The position numbers and the translations under genes are program-made. A DNA stretch of 64,000 nt from Chiloscyllium plagiosum. Lineage: Eukaryota. The DNA lies in contig NC_057718.1 in assembly GCF_004010195.1 (NCBI RefSeq), positions 12,194,924 to 12,258,923 of the forward strand, in the 5' to 3' direction. How positions within the stretch are numbered: the stretch's first letter is position 1; each line of letters begins with the position of its first letter. The notes under the pieces were generated by a model that was not told the origin of the DNA, searched no databases, and saw only the letters and a list, made by a program, of their open reading frames with translations. Shown piece by piece: positions 25,057-37,330 of this stretch.

Positions 25057-28000
25057 CCCAGTCTGGTTACCCAATGCCCCCCAATGGGTTACCCTGTACC
25101 CAGTCTGGTTACCCAATGCCCCCCAATGGGTTACCCTGTACCCAGTCTGGTTACCCAATGCCCCCCAATGGGTTACCCTGTACCCAGTCTGGTTACCCAA
25201 TGCCCCCCAATGGGTTACCCTGTACCCAGTCTGGTTACCCAATGCCCCCCAATGGGTTACCCTGTACCCAGTCTGGTTACCCAATGCCCCCCAATGGGTT
25301 ACCCTGTACCCAGTCTGGTTACCCAATGCCCCCCAATGGGTTACCCTGTACCCAGTCTGGTTACCCAATGCCCCCCAATGGGTTACCCTGTACCCAGTCT
25401 GGTTACCCAATGCCCCCCAATGGGTTACCCTGTACCCAGTCTGGTTACCCAATGCCCCCCAATGGGTTACCCTGTACCCAGTCTGGTTACCCAATGCCCC
25501 CCAATGGGTTACCCTGTACCCAGTCTGGTTACCCAATGCCCCCCAATGGGTTACCCTGTACCCAGTCTGGTTACCCAATGCCCCCCAATGGGTTACCCTG
25601 TACCCAGTCTGGTTACCCAATGCCCCCCAATGGGTTACCCTGTACCCAGTCTGGTTACCCAATGCCCCCCAATGGGTTACCCTGTACCCAGTCTGGTTAC
25701 CCAATGCCCCCCAATGGGTTACCCTGTACCCAGTCTGGTTACCCAATGCCCCCCAATGGGTTACCCTGTACCCAGTCTGGTTACCCAATGCCCCCCAATG
25801 GGTTACCCTGTACCCAGTCTGGTTACCCAATGCCCCCCAATGGGTTACCCTGTACCCAGTCTGGTTACCCAATGCCCCCCAATGGGTTACCCTGTACCCA
25901 GTCTGGTTACCCAATGCCCCCCAATGGGTTACCCTGTACCCAGTCTGGTTACCCAATGCCCCCCAATGGGTTACCCTGTACCCAGTCTGGTTACCCAATG
26001 CCCCCCAATGGGTTACCCTGTACCCAGTCTGGTTACCCAATGCCCCCCAATGGGTTACCCTGTACCCAGTCTGGTTACCCAATGCCCCCCAATGGGTTAC
26101 CCTGTACCCAGTCTGGTTACCCAATGCCCCCCAATGGGTTACCCTGTACCCAGTCTGGTTACCCAATGCCCCCCAATGGGTTACCCTGTACCCAGTCTGG
26201 TTACCCAATGCCCCCCAATGGGTTACCCTGTACCCAGTCTGGTTACCCAATGCCCCCCAATGGGTTACCCTGTACCCAGTCTGGTTACCCAATGCCCCCC
26301 AATGGGTTACCCTGTACCCAGTCTGGTTACCCAATGCCCCCCAATGGGTTACCCTGTACCCAGTCTGGTTACCCAATGCCCCCCAATGGGTTACCCTGTA
26401 CCCAGTCTGGTTACCCAATGCCCCCCAATGGGTTACCCTGTACCCAGTCTGGTTACCCAATGCCCCCCAATGGGTTACCCTGTACCCAGTCTGGTTACCC
26501 AATGCCCCCCAATGGGTTACCCTGTACCCAGTCTGGTTACCCAATGCCCCCCAATGGGTTACCCTGTACCCAGTCTGGTTACCCAATGCCCCCCAATGGG
26601 TTACCCTGTACCCAGTCTGGTTACCCAATGCCCCCCAATGGGTTACCCTGTACCCAGTCTGGTTACCCAATGCCCCCCAATGGGTTACCCTGTACCCAGT
26701 CTGGTTACCCAATGCCCCCCAATGGGTTACCCTGTACCCAGTCTGGTTACCCAATGCCCCCCAATGGGTTACCCTGTACCCAGTCTGGTTACCCAATGCC
26801 CCCCAATGGGTTACCCTGTACCCAGTCTGGTTACCCAATGCCCCCCAATGGGTTACCCTGTACCCAGTCTGGTTACCCAATGCCCCCCAATGGGTTACCC
26901 TGTACCCAGTCTGGTTACCCAATGCCCCCCAATGGGTTACCCTGTACCCAGTCTGGTTACCCAATGCCCCCCAATGGGTTACCCTGTACCCAGTCTGGTT
27001 ACCCAATGCCCCCCAATGGGTTACCCTGTACCCAGTCTGGTTACCCAATGCCCCCCAATGGGTTACCCTGTACCCAGTCTGGTTACCCAATGCCCCCCAA
27101 TGGGTTACCCTGTACCCAGTCTGGTTACCCAATGCCCCCCAATGGGTTACCCTGTACCCAGTCTGGTTACCCAATGCCCCCCAATGGGTTACCCTGTACC
27201 CAGTCTGGTTACCCAATGCCCCCCAATGGGTTACCCTGTACCCAGTCTGGTTACCCAATGCCCCCCAATGGGTTACCCTGTACCCAGTCTGGTTACCCAA
27301 TGCCCCCCAATGGGTTACCCTGTACCCAGTCTGGTTACCCAATGCCCCCCAATGGGTTACCCTGTACCCAGTCTGGTTACCCAATGCCCCCCAATGGGTT
27401 ACCCTGTACCCAGTCTGGTTACCCAATGCCCCCCAATGGGTTACCCTGTACCCAGTCTGGTTACCCAATGCCCCCCAATGGGTTACCCTGTACCCAGTCT
27501 GGTTACCCAATGCCCCCCAATGGGTTACCCTGTACCCAGTCTGGTTACCCAATGCCCCCCAATGGGTTACCCTGTACCCAGTCTGGTTACCCAATGCCCC
27601 CCAATGGGTTACCCTGTACCCAGTCTGGTTACCCAATGCCCCCCAATGGGTTACCCTGTACCCAGTCTGGTTACCCAATGCCCCCCAATGGGTTACCCTG
27701 TACCCAGTCTGGTTACCCAATGCCCCCCAATGGGTTACCCTGTACCCAGTCTGGTTACCCAATGCCCCCCAATGGGTTACCCTGTACCCAGTCTGGTTAC
27801 CCAATGCCCCCCAATGGGTTACCCTGTACCCAGTCTGGTTACCCAATGCCCCCCAATGGGTTACCCTGTACCCAGTCTGGTTACCCAATGCCCCCCAATG
27901 GGTTACCCTGTACCCAGTCTGGTTACCCAATGCCCCCCAATGGGTTACCCTGTACCCAGTCTGGTTACCCAATGCCCCCCAATGGGTTACCCTGTACCCA

Positions 28001-31000
28001 GTCTGGTTACCCAATGCCCCCCAATGGGTTACCCTGTACCCAGTCTGGTTACCCAATGCCCCCCAATGGGTTACCCTGTACCCAGTCTGGTTACCCAATG
28101 CCCCCCAATGGGTTACCCTGTACCCAGTCTGGTTACCCAATGCCCCCCAATGGGTTACCCTGTACCCAGTCTGGTTACCCAATGCCCCCCAATGGGTTAC
28201 CCTGTACCCAGTCTGGTTACCCAATGCCCCCCAATGGGTTACCCTGTACCCAGTCTGGTTACCCAATGCCCCCCAATGGGTTACCCTGTACCCAGTCTGG
28301 TTACCCAATGCCCCCCAATGGGTTACCCTGTACCCAGTCTGGTTACCCAATGCCCCCCAATGGGTTACCCTGTACCCAGTCTGGTTACCCAATGCCCCCC
28401 AATGGGTTACCCTGTACCCAGTCTGGTTACCCAATGCCCCCCAATGGGTTACCCTGTACCCAGTCTGGTTACCCAATGCCCCCCAATGGGTTACCCTGTA
28501 CCCAGTCTGGTTACCCAATGCCCCCCAATGGGTTACCCTGTACCCAGTCTGGTTACCCAATGCCCCCCAATGGGTTACCCTGTACCCAGTCTGGTTACCC
28601 AATGCCCCCCAATGGGTTACCCTGTACCCAGTCTGGTTACCCAATGCCCCCCAATGGGTTACCCTGTACCCAGTCTGGTTACCCAATGCCCCCCAATGGG
28701 TTACCCTGTACCCAGTCTGGTTACCCAATGCCCCCCAATGGGTTACCCTGTACCCAGTCTGGTTACCCAATGCCCCCCAATGGGTTACCCTGTACCCAGT
28801 CTGGTTACCCAATGCCCCCCAATGGGTTACCCTGTACCCAGTCTGGTTACCCAATGCCCCCCAATGGGTTACCCTGTACCCAGTCTGGTTACCCAATGCC
28901 CCCCAATGGGTTACCCTGTACCCAGTCTGGTTACCCAATGCCCCCCAATGGGTTACCCTGTACCCAGTCTGGTTACCCAATGCCCCCCAATGGGTTACCC
29001 TGTACCCAGTCTGGTTACCCAATGCCCCCCAATGGGTTACCCTGTACCCAGTCTGGTTACCCAATGCCCCCCAATGGGTTACCCTGTACCCAGTCTGGTT
29101 ACCCAATGCCCCCCAATGGGTTACCCTGTACCCAGTCTGGTTACCCAATGCCCCCCAATGGGTTACCCTGTACCCAGTCTGGTTACCCAATGCCCCCCAA
29201 TGGGTTACCCTGTACCCAGTCTGGTTACCCAATGCCCCCCAATGGGTTACCCTGTACCCAGTCTGGTTACCCAATGCCCCCCAATGGGTTACCCTGTACC
29301 CAGTCTGGTTACCCAATGCCCCCCAATGGGTTACCCTGTACCCAGTCTGGTTACCCAATGCCCCCCAATGGGTTACCCTGTACCCAGTCTGGTTACCCAA
29401 TGCCCCCCAATGGGTTACCCTGTACCCAGTCTGGTTACCCAATGCCCCCCAATGGGTTACCCTGTACCCAGTCTGGTTACCCAATGCCCCCCAATGGGTT
29501 ACCCTGTACCCAGTCTGGTTACCCAATGCCCCCCAATGGGTTACCCTGTACCCAGTCTGGTTACCCAATGCCCCCCAATGGGTTACCCTGTACCCAGTCT
29601 GGTTACCCAATGCCCCCCAATGGGTTACCCTGTACCCAGTCTGGTTACCCAATGCCCCCCAATGGGTTACCCTGTACCCAGTCTGGTTACCCAATGCCCC
29701 CCAATGGGTTACCCTGTACCCAGTCTGGTTACCCAATGCCCCCCAATGGGTTACCCTGTACCCAGTCTGGTTACCCAATGCCCCCCAATGGGTTACCCTG
29801 TACCCAGTCTGGTTACCCAATGCCCCCCAATGGGTTACCCTGTACCCAGTCTGGTTACCCAATGCCCCCCAATGGGTTACCCTGTACCCAGTCTGGTTAC
29901 CCAATGCCCCCCAATGGGTTACCCTGTACCCAGTCTGGTTACCCAATGCCCCCCAATGGGTTACCCTGTACCCAGTCTGGTTACCCAATGCCCCCCAATG
30001 GGTTACCCTGTACCCAGTCTGGTTACCCAATGCCCCCCAATGGGTTACCCTGTACCCAGTCTGGTTACCCAATGCCCCCCAATGGGTTACCCTGTACCCA
30101 GTCTGGTTACCCAATGCCCCCCAATGGGTTACCCTGTACCCAGTCTGGTTACCCAATGCCCCCCAATGGGTTACCCTGTACCCAGTCTGGTTACCCAATG
30201 CCCCCCAATGGGTTACCCTGTACCCAGTCTGGTTACCCAATGCCCCCCAATGGGTTACCCTGTACCCAGTCTGGTTACCCAATGCCCCCCAATGGGTTAC
30301 CCTGTACCCAGTCTGGTTACCCAATGCCCCCCAATGGGTTACCCTGTACCCAGTCTGGTTACCCAATGCCCCCCAATGGGTTACCCTGTACCCAGTCTGG
30401 TTACCCAATGCCCCCCAATGGGTTACCCTGTACCCAGTCTGGTTACCCAATGCCCCCCAATGGGTTACCCTGTACCCAGTCTGGTTACCCAATGCCCCCC
30501 AATGGGTTACCCTGTACCCAGTCTGGTTACCCAATGCCCCCCAATGGGTTACCCTGTACCCAGTCTGGTTACCCAATGCCCCCCAATGGGTTACCCTGTA
30601 CCCAGTCTGGTTACCCAATGCCCCCCAATGGGTTACCCTGTACCCAGTCTGGTTACCCAATGCCCCCCAATGGGTTACCCTGTACCCAGTCTGGTTACCC
30701 AATGCCCCCCAATGGGTTACCCTGTACCCAGTCTGGTTACCCAATGCCCCCCAATGGGTTACCCTGTACCCAGTCTGGTTACCCAATGCCCCCCAATGGG
30801 TTACCCTGTACCCAGTCTGGTTACCCAATGCCCCCCAATGGGTTACCCTGTACCCAGTCTGGTTACCCAATGCCCCCCAATGGGTTACCCTGTACCCAGT
30901 CTGGTTACCCAATGCCCCCCAATGGGTTACCCTGTACCCAGTCTGGTTACCCAATGCCCCCCAATGGGTTACCCTGTACCCAGTCTGGTTACCCAATGCC

Positions 31001-33432
31001 CCCCAATGGGTTACCCTGTACCCAGTCTGGTTACCCAATGCCCCCCAATGGGTTACCCTGTACCCAGTCTGGTTACCCAATGCCCCCCAATGGGTTACCC
31101 TGTACCCAGTCTGGTTACCCAATGCCCCCCAATGGGTTACCCTGTACCCAGTCTGGTTACCCAATGCCCCCCAATGGGTTACCCTGTACCCAGTCTGGTT
31201 ACCCAATGCCCCCCAATGGGTTACCCTGTACCCAGTCTGGTTACCCAATGCCCCCCAATGGGTTACCCTGTACCCAGTCTGGTTACCCAATGCCCCCCAA
31301 TGGGTTACCCTGTACCCAGTCTGGTTACCCAATGCCCCCCAATGGGTTACCCTGTACCCAGTCTGGTTACCCAATGCCCCCCAATGGGTTACCCTGTACC
31401 CAGTCTGGTTACCCAATGCCCCCCAATGGGTTACCCTGTACCCAGTCTGGTTACCCAATGCCCCCCAATGGGTTACCCTGTACCCAGTCTGGTTACCCAA
31501 TGCCCCCCAATGGGTTACCCTGTACCCAGTCTGGTTACCCAATGCCCCCCAATGGGTTACCCTGTACCCAGTCTGGTTACCCAATGCCCCCCAATGGGTT
31601 ACCCTGTACCCAGTCTGGTTACCCAATGCCCCCCAATGGGTTACCCTGTACCCAGTCTGGTTACCCAATGCCCCCCAATGGGTTACCCTGTACCCAGTCT
31701 GGTTACCCAATGCCCCCCAATGGGTTACCCTGTACCCAGTCTGGTTACCCAATGCCCCCCAATGGGTTACCCTGTACCCAGTCTGGTTACCCAATGCCCC
31801 CCAATGGGTTACCCTGTACCCAGTCTGGTTACCCAATGCCCCCCAATGGGTTACCCTGTACCCAGTCTGGTTACCCAATGCCCCCCAATGGGTTACCCTG
31901 TACCCAGTCTGGTTACCCAATGCCCCCCAATGGGTTACCCTGTACCCAGTCTGGTTACCCAATGCCCCCCAATGGGTTACCCTGTACCCAGTCTGGTTAC
32001 CCAATGCCCCCCAATGGGTTACCCTGTACCCAGTCTGGTTACCCAATGCCCCCCAATGGGTTACCCTGTACCCAGTCTGGTTACCCAATGCCCCCCAATG
32101 GGTTACCCTGTACCCAGTCTGGTTACCCAATGCCCCCCAATGGGTTACCCTGTACCCAGTCTGGTTACCCAATGCCCCCCAATGGGTTACCCTGTACCCA
32201 GTCTGGTTACCCAATGCCCCCCAATGGGTTACCCTGTACCCAGTCTGGTTACCCAATGCCCCCCAATGGGTTACCCTGTACCCAGTCTGGTTACCCAATG
32301 CCCCCCAATGGGTTACCCTGTACCCAGTCTGGTTACCCAATGCCCCCCAATGGGTTACCCTGTACCCAGTCTGGTTACCCAATGCCCCCCAATGGGTTAC
32401 CCTGTACCCAGTCTGGTTACCCAATGCCCCCCAATGGGTTACCCTGTACCCAGTCTGGTTACCCAATGCCCCCCAATGGGTTACCCTGTACCCAGTCTGG
32501 TTACCCAATGCCCCCCAATGGGTTACCCTGTACCCAGTCTGGTTACCCAATGCCCCCCAATGGGTTACCCTGTACCCAGTCTGGTTACCCAATGCCCCCC
32601 AATGGGTTACCCTGTACCCAGTCTGGTTACCCAATGCCCCCCAATGGGTTACCCTGTACCCAGTCTGGTTACCCAATGCCCCCCAATGGGTTACCCTGTA
32701 CCCAGTCTGGTTACCCAATGCCCCCCAATGGGTTACCCTGTACCCAGTCTGGTTACCCAATGCCCCCCAATGGGTTACCCTGTACCCAGTCTGGTTACCC
32801 AATGCCCCCCAATGGGTTACCCTGTACCCAGTCTGGTTACCCAATGCCCCCCAATGGGTTACCCTGTACCCAGTCTGGTTACCCAATGCCCCCCAATGGG
32901 TTACCCTGTACCCAGTCTGGTTACCCAATGCCCCCCAATGGGTTACCCTGTACCCAGTCTGGTTACCCAATGCCCCCCAATGGGTTACCCTGTACCCAGT
33001 CTGGTTACCCAATGCCCCCCAATGGGTTACCCTGTACCCAGTCTGGTTACCCAATGCCCCCCAATGGGTTACCCTGTACCCAGTCTGGTTACCCAATGCC
33101 CCCCAATGGGTTACCCTGTACCCAGTTCTGGTTACCCAATGCCCCCAATGGGTTACCCTGTACCCAGTCTGGTTACCCAATGCCCCCAATGGGTTACCCT
33201 GTACCCAGTCTGGTTACCCAATGCCCCCCAATGGGATACCCTGTACCCAGTCTGGTTACCCAATGCCCCCCAATGGGTTACCCTGTACCCAGTCTGGTTA
33301 CCCAATGCCCCCAATGGGTTACCCTGTACCCAGTCTGGTTACCCAATGCCCCCCAATGGGTTACCCTGTACCCAGTCTGGTTACCCAATGCCCCCCAATG
33401 GGTTACCCTGTAGCCAGTCTGGTTACCCAATG
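25057..33432. repeat. 42-bp minisatellite array, unit CCCAGTCTGGTTACCCAATGCCCCCCAATGGGTTACCCTGTA, ~199.5 copies
   Basis: 192 apparently identical units at 25057-33120, then 7 units (four with 1-bp indels or a substitution) and a final partial unit. Confidence 0.99.
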
Positions 33433-33860
33433 TCGAGAAACGTTGTACAGTGTGTCGCGAGGCGCCGCACGTGCCGCGGGAGGCTCGCGGATTGTGCGCG
33501 TGTCCGTGCACGTGCGCCGGCGGTTGGTGTCAGAGTCCGGCCTCTGCCCCTCCCCCCCCCCCCCCAAGCCCAGCGCCATTCCCATCCCCGCTCACTCTCC
33601 GGGTCGAGGATGAAGTGCTTCGCAGACTTGGCTCCTCGTTGCCGCTTCTTCCAGCCACCACAGAAACCCGCAGTGTCTGGCTGCGAGGCGTTAAACAAGG
33701 GAGCGGTCCGCACTCCAGTGATGACCGAGGCCCGCCTCCCCTCAGCGTCGCTGCGGCTCCCCGTCTCCCATGGCAGCGGTGCCCATGCGACGGCACGTCC
33801 CGAGGGTCAAAAAGGTACGGCGAATCAGGGCGGAAGCTGACCAACTCAAAACCGAAGCAG
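33432..33860. promoter_or_regulatory. CpG island, probable WDR27 promoter
   Basis: the only non-repeat CpG-dense, GC-rich stretch in an AT-rich window; GGGCGG at 33828, CGGAAG at 33831, CACGTG at 33468 and 33509; lies upstream of the minus-strand gene. Confidence 0.8.
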
Positions 33861-33868
33861 TTAAACAT
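33596..33868 (-). other. WDR27: candidate WDR27 first exon (coding status and 5' end uncertain)
   Basis: strong donor GA|gtgagc at 33595 inside the CpG island; the frame opened by the ATG at 33868 reaches the donor in phase 0, matching the exon at 18320; little similarity to the known WDR27 N-terminus. Confidence 0.45.
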
Positions 33869-34459
33869 TTCGAGTCCACTGACCCTTCTTGAGAACTGAA
33901 ACCATGGTGGCAGAGAAACAAAAACAACGTAGCAGGTATTTACCAGCCATGATGCACAATTGTGGTACCTTTTTTATATAAAGTTTGTGGGAAACTGCCT
34001 GTTAGAATAAATATAATAACTTACAAAATAACTTTCTGCCCAGCAACAATTAAGTCACCTCTGCTGTACAAGAACATTTTTCCTTATACATATTTTACAG
34101 TCAGGCAGCCCAGAGATGTTACTGCATTCCTCTGGAGCAGGTGAGCCTTGAACCCAAGCCTCATGGCTCAGAGTTAAGGATGCTATCAGTTCACCATAAC
34201 AGTCTTTGTGTTGTTTATATACCTAACAACAGTCTTTCTGAAGCAACTGCTCTATTCAAAACTCAGTTGGGTCAGGACACTCCCAAGACAACAGAAACTT
34301 GTTATGAATGCCCTGAAAGTAGCCCTGGAGAAGTCAAATATGTCTGTCAACTAAAATGAAGATTGGCCATCCTCTAGAGACTTTGTCGAGAAAATGCTGA
34401 GGTGAAGTAAGGCATTGGGGGAACTGCAGAGACCTCCAAACAGACTGTCTATAATTCTG

Positions 34460-34722
34460 AGGAGCAGGGGAGTCAACATTTCGAACATAAGCTCTTCATT
34501 AGGAATGTGGGGGTCCCAAGGAGGCTGAGAGATAAATGGGAGGAGGTGGGGTGGGGCTGGGCAGAAGGTAGATGAAGGTGGGAGGGTGATGTTGATAGTT
34601 CAGAGTCGAGGGTGGAGTGATAGGTGGGAAGGAAGATAGACAGGTAGGATAGTTCAAGAGGGTGGTGCCAAGTTGGAGAGTTGATTTAGGATAAGGTTGG
34701 GGGAGGGGAGATGAGGAAGCCA
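34460..34722 (-). mobile_element. Neptune-type Penelope-like pLTR remnant
   Basis: purine-rich plus strand plus a decayed family C hammerhead region similar to 54690-54830. Confidence 0.6.
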
Positions 34723-34744
34723 ATCAGGAGACACTGGCTGATGA

Positions 34745-36485
34745 AAATAAGTAGCCTGTGTTGGCCCCAAGGGCCCATACTTCACCCAGGAACCTGTGCC
34801 CCACAACCTGAGCTGTCTCCGGAATTTTAGTTTTGTCCCTTTTAAGGACACTTAATGGTAAGGTCCTAGAGAGTGTTGCTGACCAAAGAGACCTTGGAGT
34901 GCAGGTTCATAGCTCCTTGAAAGTGGAGTCGCAGGTCGATAGGATAGTGAAGAAGGCGTTTGGTATGCTTTCCTTTATTGGTCAGAGTATTGAGTACAGG
35001 AGTTGGGAGGTCATGTTGCGGCTGTACAGGACATTGGTTTGGCCACTGTTGGAATATTGCGTGCAATTCTGGTCTCCTTCCTATCGGAAATATGTTGTGA
35101 AACTTGAAAGGGTTCAAAAAGGATTTACAAGGATGTTGCCAGGGTTGGAGGATTTGAGCTATAGGGAGTGGCTGAACAGGGTGGGGCTGTTTTCCCTGGA
35201 GTGTCAAAGGCTGAGGGGTGACCTTATAGAGGTTTACAAAATTGAGGGGCATGGATAGGATAGGCAAAGTCTTTGCCCTGGAGTTGGGGAGTCAGAAACT
35301 AGATGGCATAGGTTTAGGGTGAGAGGGGAAAGATATAAAAGAGACCTCAGGGGCAACTTTTTCACGCAGAGGGTGGTATGTGTATGGAATGTGCTGCCAG
35401 AGGAAGTAGTGGAGGCTGGTACAATTGCAACATTTAAGAGGCATTTGGATGGGTATATGAATAGGAAGGGTTTGGAGGGATATGGGCTGGGTGCTGGCAG
35501 GTGGAACTAGATTGGGTTGGGATATCTGGTCAGCATGGACAGGTTGGACCAAAGGGTCTGTTTCCATGCTGTACATCTCTATGACTCTATGAAATAAAAA
35601 GGCAGGACCTGTTTCGACTGCTGCTGCACAGCGTCCACCTCTTCTCCCTCATCCACTGCCCGGACACACCTTGGTGTGCCCATTTGCCAACGGGCGGTGA
35701 GGATCCCCAGTGGAGGGCTCTCTTTGCGGGGGTCCTCCCCCTTTCTCTCGGGGATCTAGAGTGGAGGGCACTGCACGCAGTGGTCCCCTGCAACTGCAGA
35801 TTGCGGTGGTTCACGGACTCCCAGCCCAACTGCTTGTTCTGCTGTGGAGTCCGTGGACCATGTATATTTAGGATGTGGGCATTTGCACTCCCTTTTTGAT
35901 TTTCTTAAACACCTCCTTCTCTGCTTTTGGTTGCACTTCAGTCCCACGCTCCTCATCTTTAGGCACCTGGTACAGAAGGGGGAAGGCAGGTCTGAAGACC
36001 TCCTCGTGGGTCTGCTCCTGGGCCTGGCCAAACTGGCCATAAATAGGTCCAGGCAGCGGGCCGTGGAGGGGGTCGTTAGGGCCGACTGTCTGCCCCTCTT
36101 CTGCAGTTACGTTAGAGCCCAGGTGTCTCTGGAGAAGGAGCACACGGTGTCTATCAACACCCTTGAGCTGTTCAGGGAGAGGTGTGCACCGCACGGAGTA
36201 GAGTGCATTATTTCTCCCTCCAACTCTATTTCGATTTAATCCCTGCCCTCCCCACTCACTGTTTAATCACACAGCATTGCCCTTTGATGTGAAGGGCACC
36301 GCTTGTCACTGGCCACTTGGATGTTTCTTTTCTTCCTGGTGGTGGAAACTGAATAAAGATTCGTGTACCTTGTGTCTTTCACTGTGTCTCACGCAACATG
36401 GGTGTGGGGGAATAGATAAACACTACTGCAGTTAGATGGTAGTGTGGGGGTAATCAAAAAAAAACTAAACAGGAGGGAAAAAAAA
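34745..36485 (+). mobile_element. Tx1-like (L1 clade) 3' fragment, copy 1, interrupted by a CR1
   Basis: LGDLEWRALHAVVPCN, CLFC..ESVDHVYLGC (CCHC knuckle), LLLGLAKLAINRSR; AATAAA at ~36352 and an A-rich tail. Confidence 0.85.
34846..35590 (+). mobile_element. CR1 3' fragment nested in the Tx1 copy
   Basis: QRDLGVQVHSSLKV...LEYCVQFWSP...RLRGDLIEVYKI; ctctatgactctatg tail. Confidence 0.92.
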
Positions 36486-36489
36486 GGAG

Positions 36490-37330
36490 CCAGTGCCCCA
36501 CAACCTGAGCTGCCTCCGGAATTTTAGTTTTGTCCCCTGCAGCGTCGTATCATGGCAGTCCCTGTACAGGCTGCTGCTGCACACCATCCACCGCCTGGAC
36601 ACGCCTTCGTGTGCCCATTTGCCACCGGTTGGTGGGGATCCCCAGTGGAGGGCTCTCTATGTGGGAGTCCTCCCCCTTTCTGTAGGGGATCTGGGGTGGA
36701 GGGTGCTGCATGCAGCAGTCCCCTGCAACCGCAGATAGCGGTGGTTCATGGACTCCCAGCCCAACTGCTTGTTCTGTGGAGTCTGTGTACCATGTACATA
36801 TTGGATGTGGGTGCTTGCACTCCCTTTTTGATTTCCTTAAAAACTCTCTCCTCTGTTTCTGGTTGCACTTCAGTTCCACGCTCCTGATCTTTGGGTACCC
36901 AGTGCGGAGTGGGTAGGTCAGAGGACCTTCTCGTGGGTCTGCTCCTGGGTCTGGCCAAACTGGCCATGAACAGGTCCAGGCAGCGGGCCATGGAGGGGGT
37001 TGTTATGGACGATTGTCTGCCCCTCTTCCCCGTGTCAGAATAGAGGTGTCCACCAACACCCTCGAAATTTTCAGGGAAAGGTGGGCACCGCAGGGAGTGG
37101 AGTGTATTATTTCCCCCTTCAGCTCTATTTTGATTTGATCCATGCCCTCTCCCTCACTATATGATCATGCAGCATTGCCCTCTGAGAAGGGTATTGCTTG
37201 TCACTGGCCACTTGGTGTTTCCTTTCTTCCTGGTAGTAGAAATTGAATAAAGATTTGTACACATTATCTTTCACTGTGTCTCACACCTGCACAAACACAA
37301 TGAAAGAGAAAAAGCAAATAAAGAAAAAAA
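36490..37330 (+). mobile_element. Tx1-like 3' fragment, tandem copy 2
   Basis: collinear with 34795-34840 plus 35605-36400 and lacks the CR1 insertion. Confidence 0.85.

Noticed and set aside
25057..33432. Array as a CRISPR array or interstitial telomere
   Set aside because: No unique spacers and the context is eukaryotic; only one isolated GGGTTA per unit and no (TTAGGG)n
25045..33840. 2931-, 2779- and 2711-aa ORFs as real protein-coding genes
   Set aside because: By-products of a 42-bp stop-poor unit: overlapping open frames on both strands, no synonymous variation, frame-breaking edge indels, and a location inside the presumed WDR27 intron
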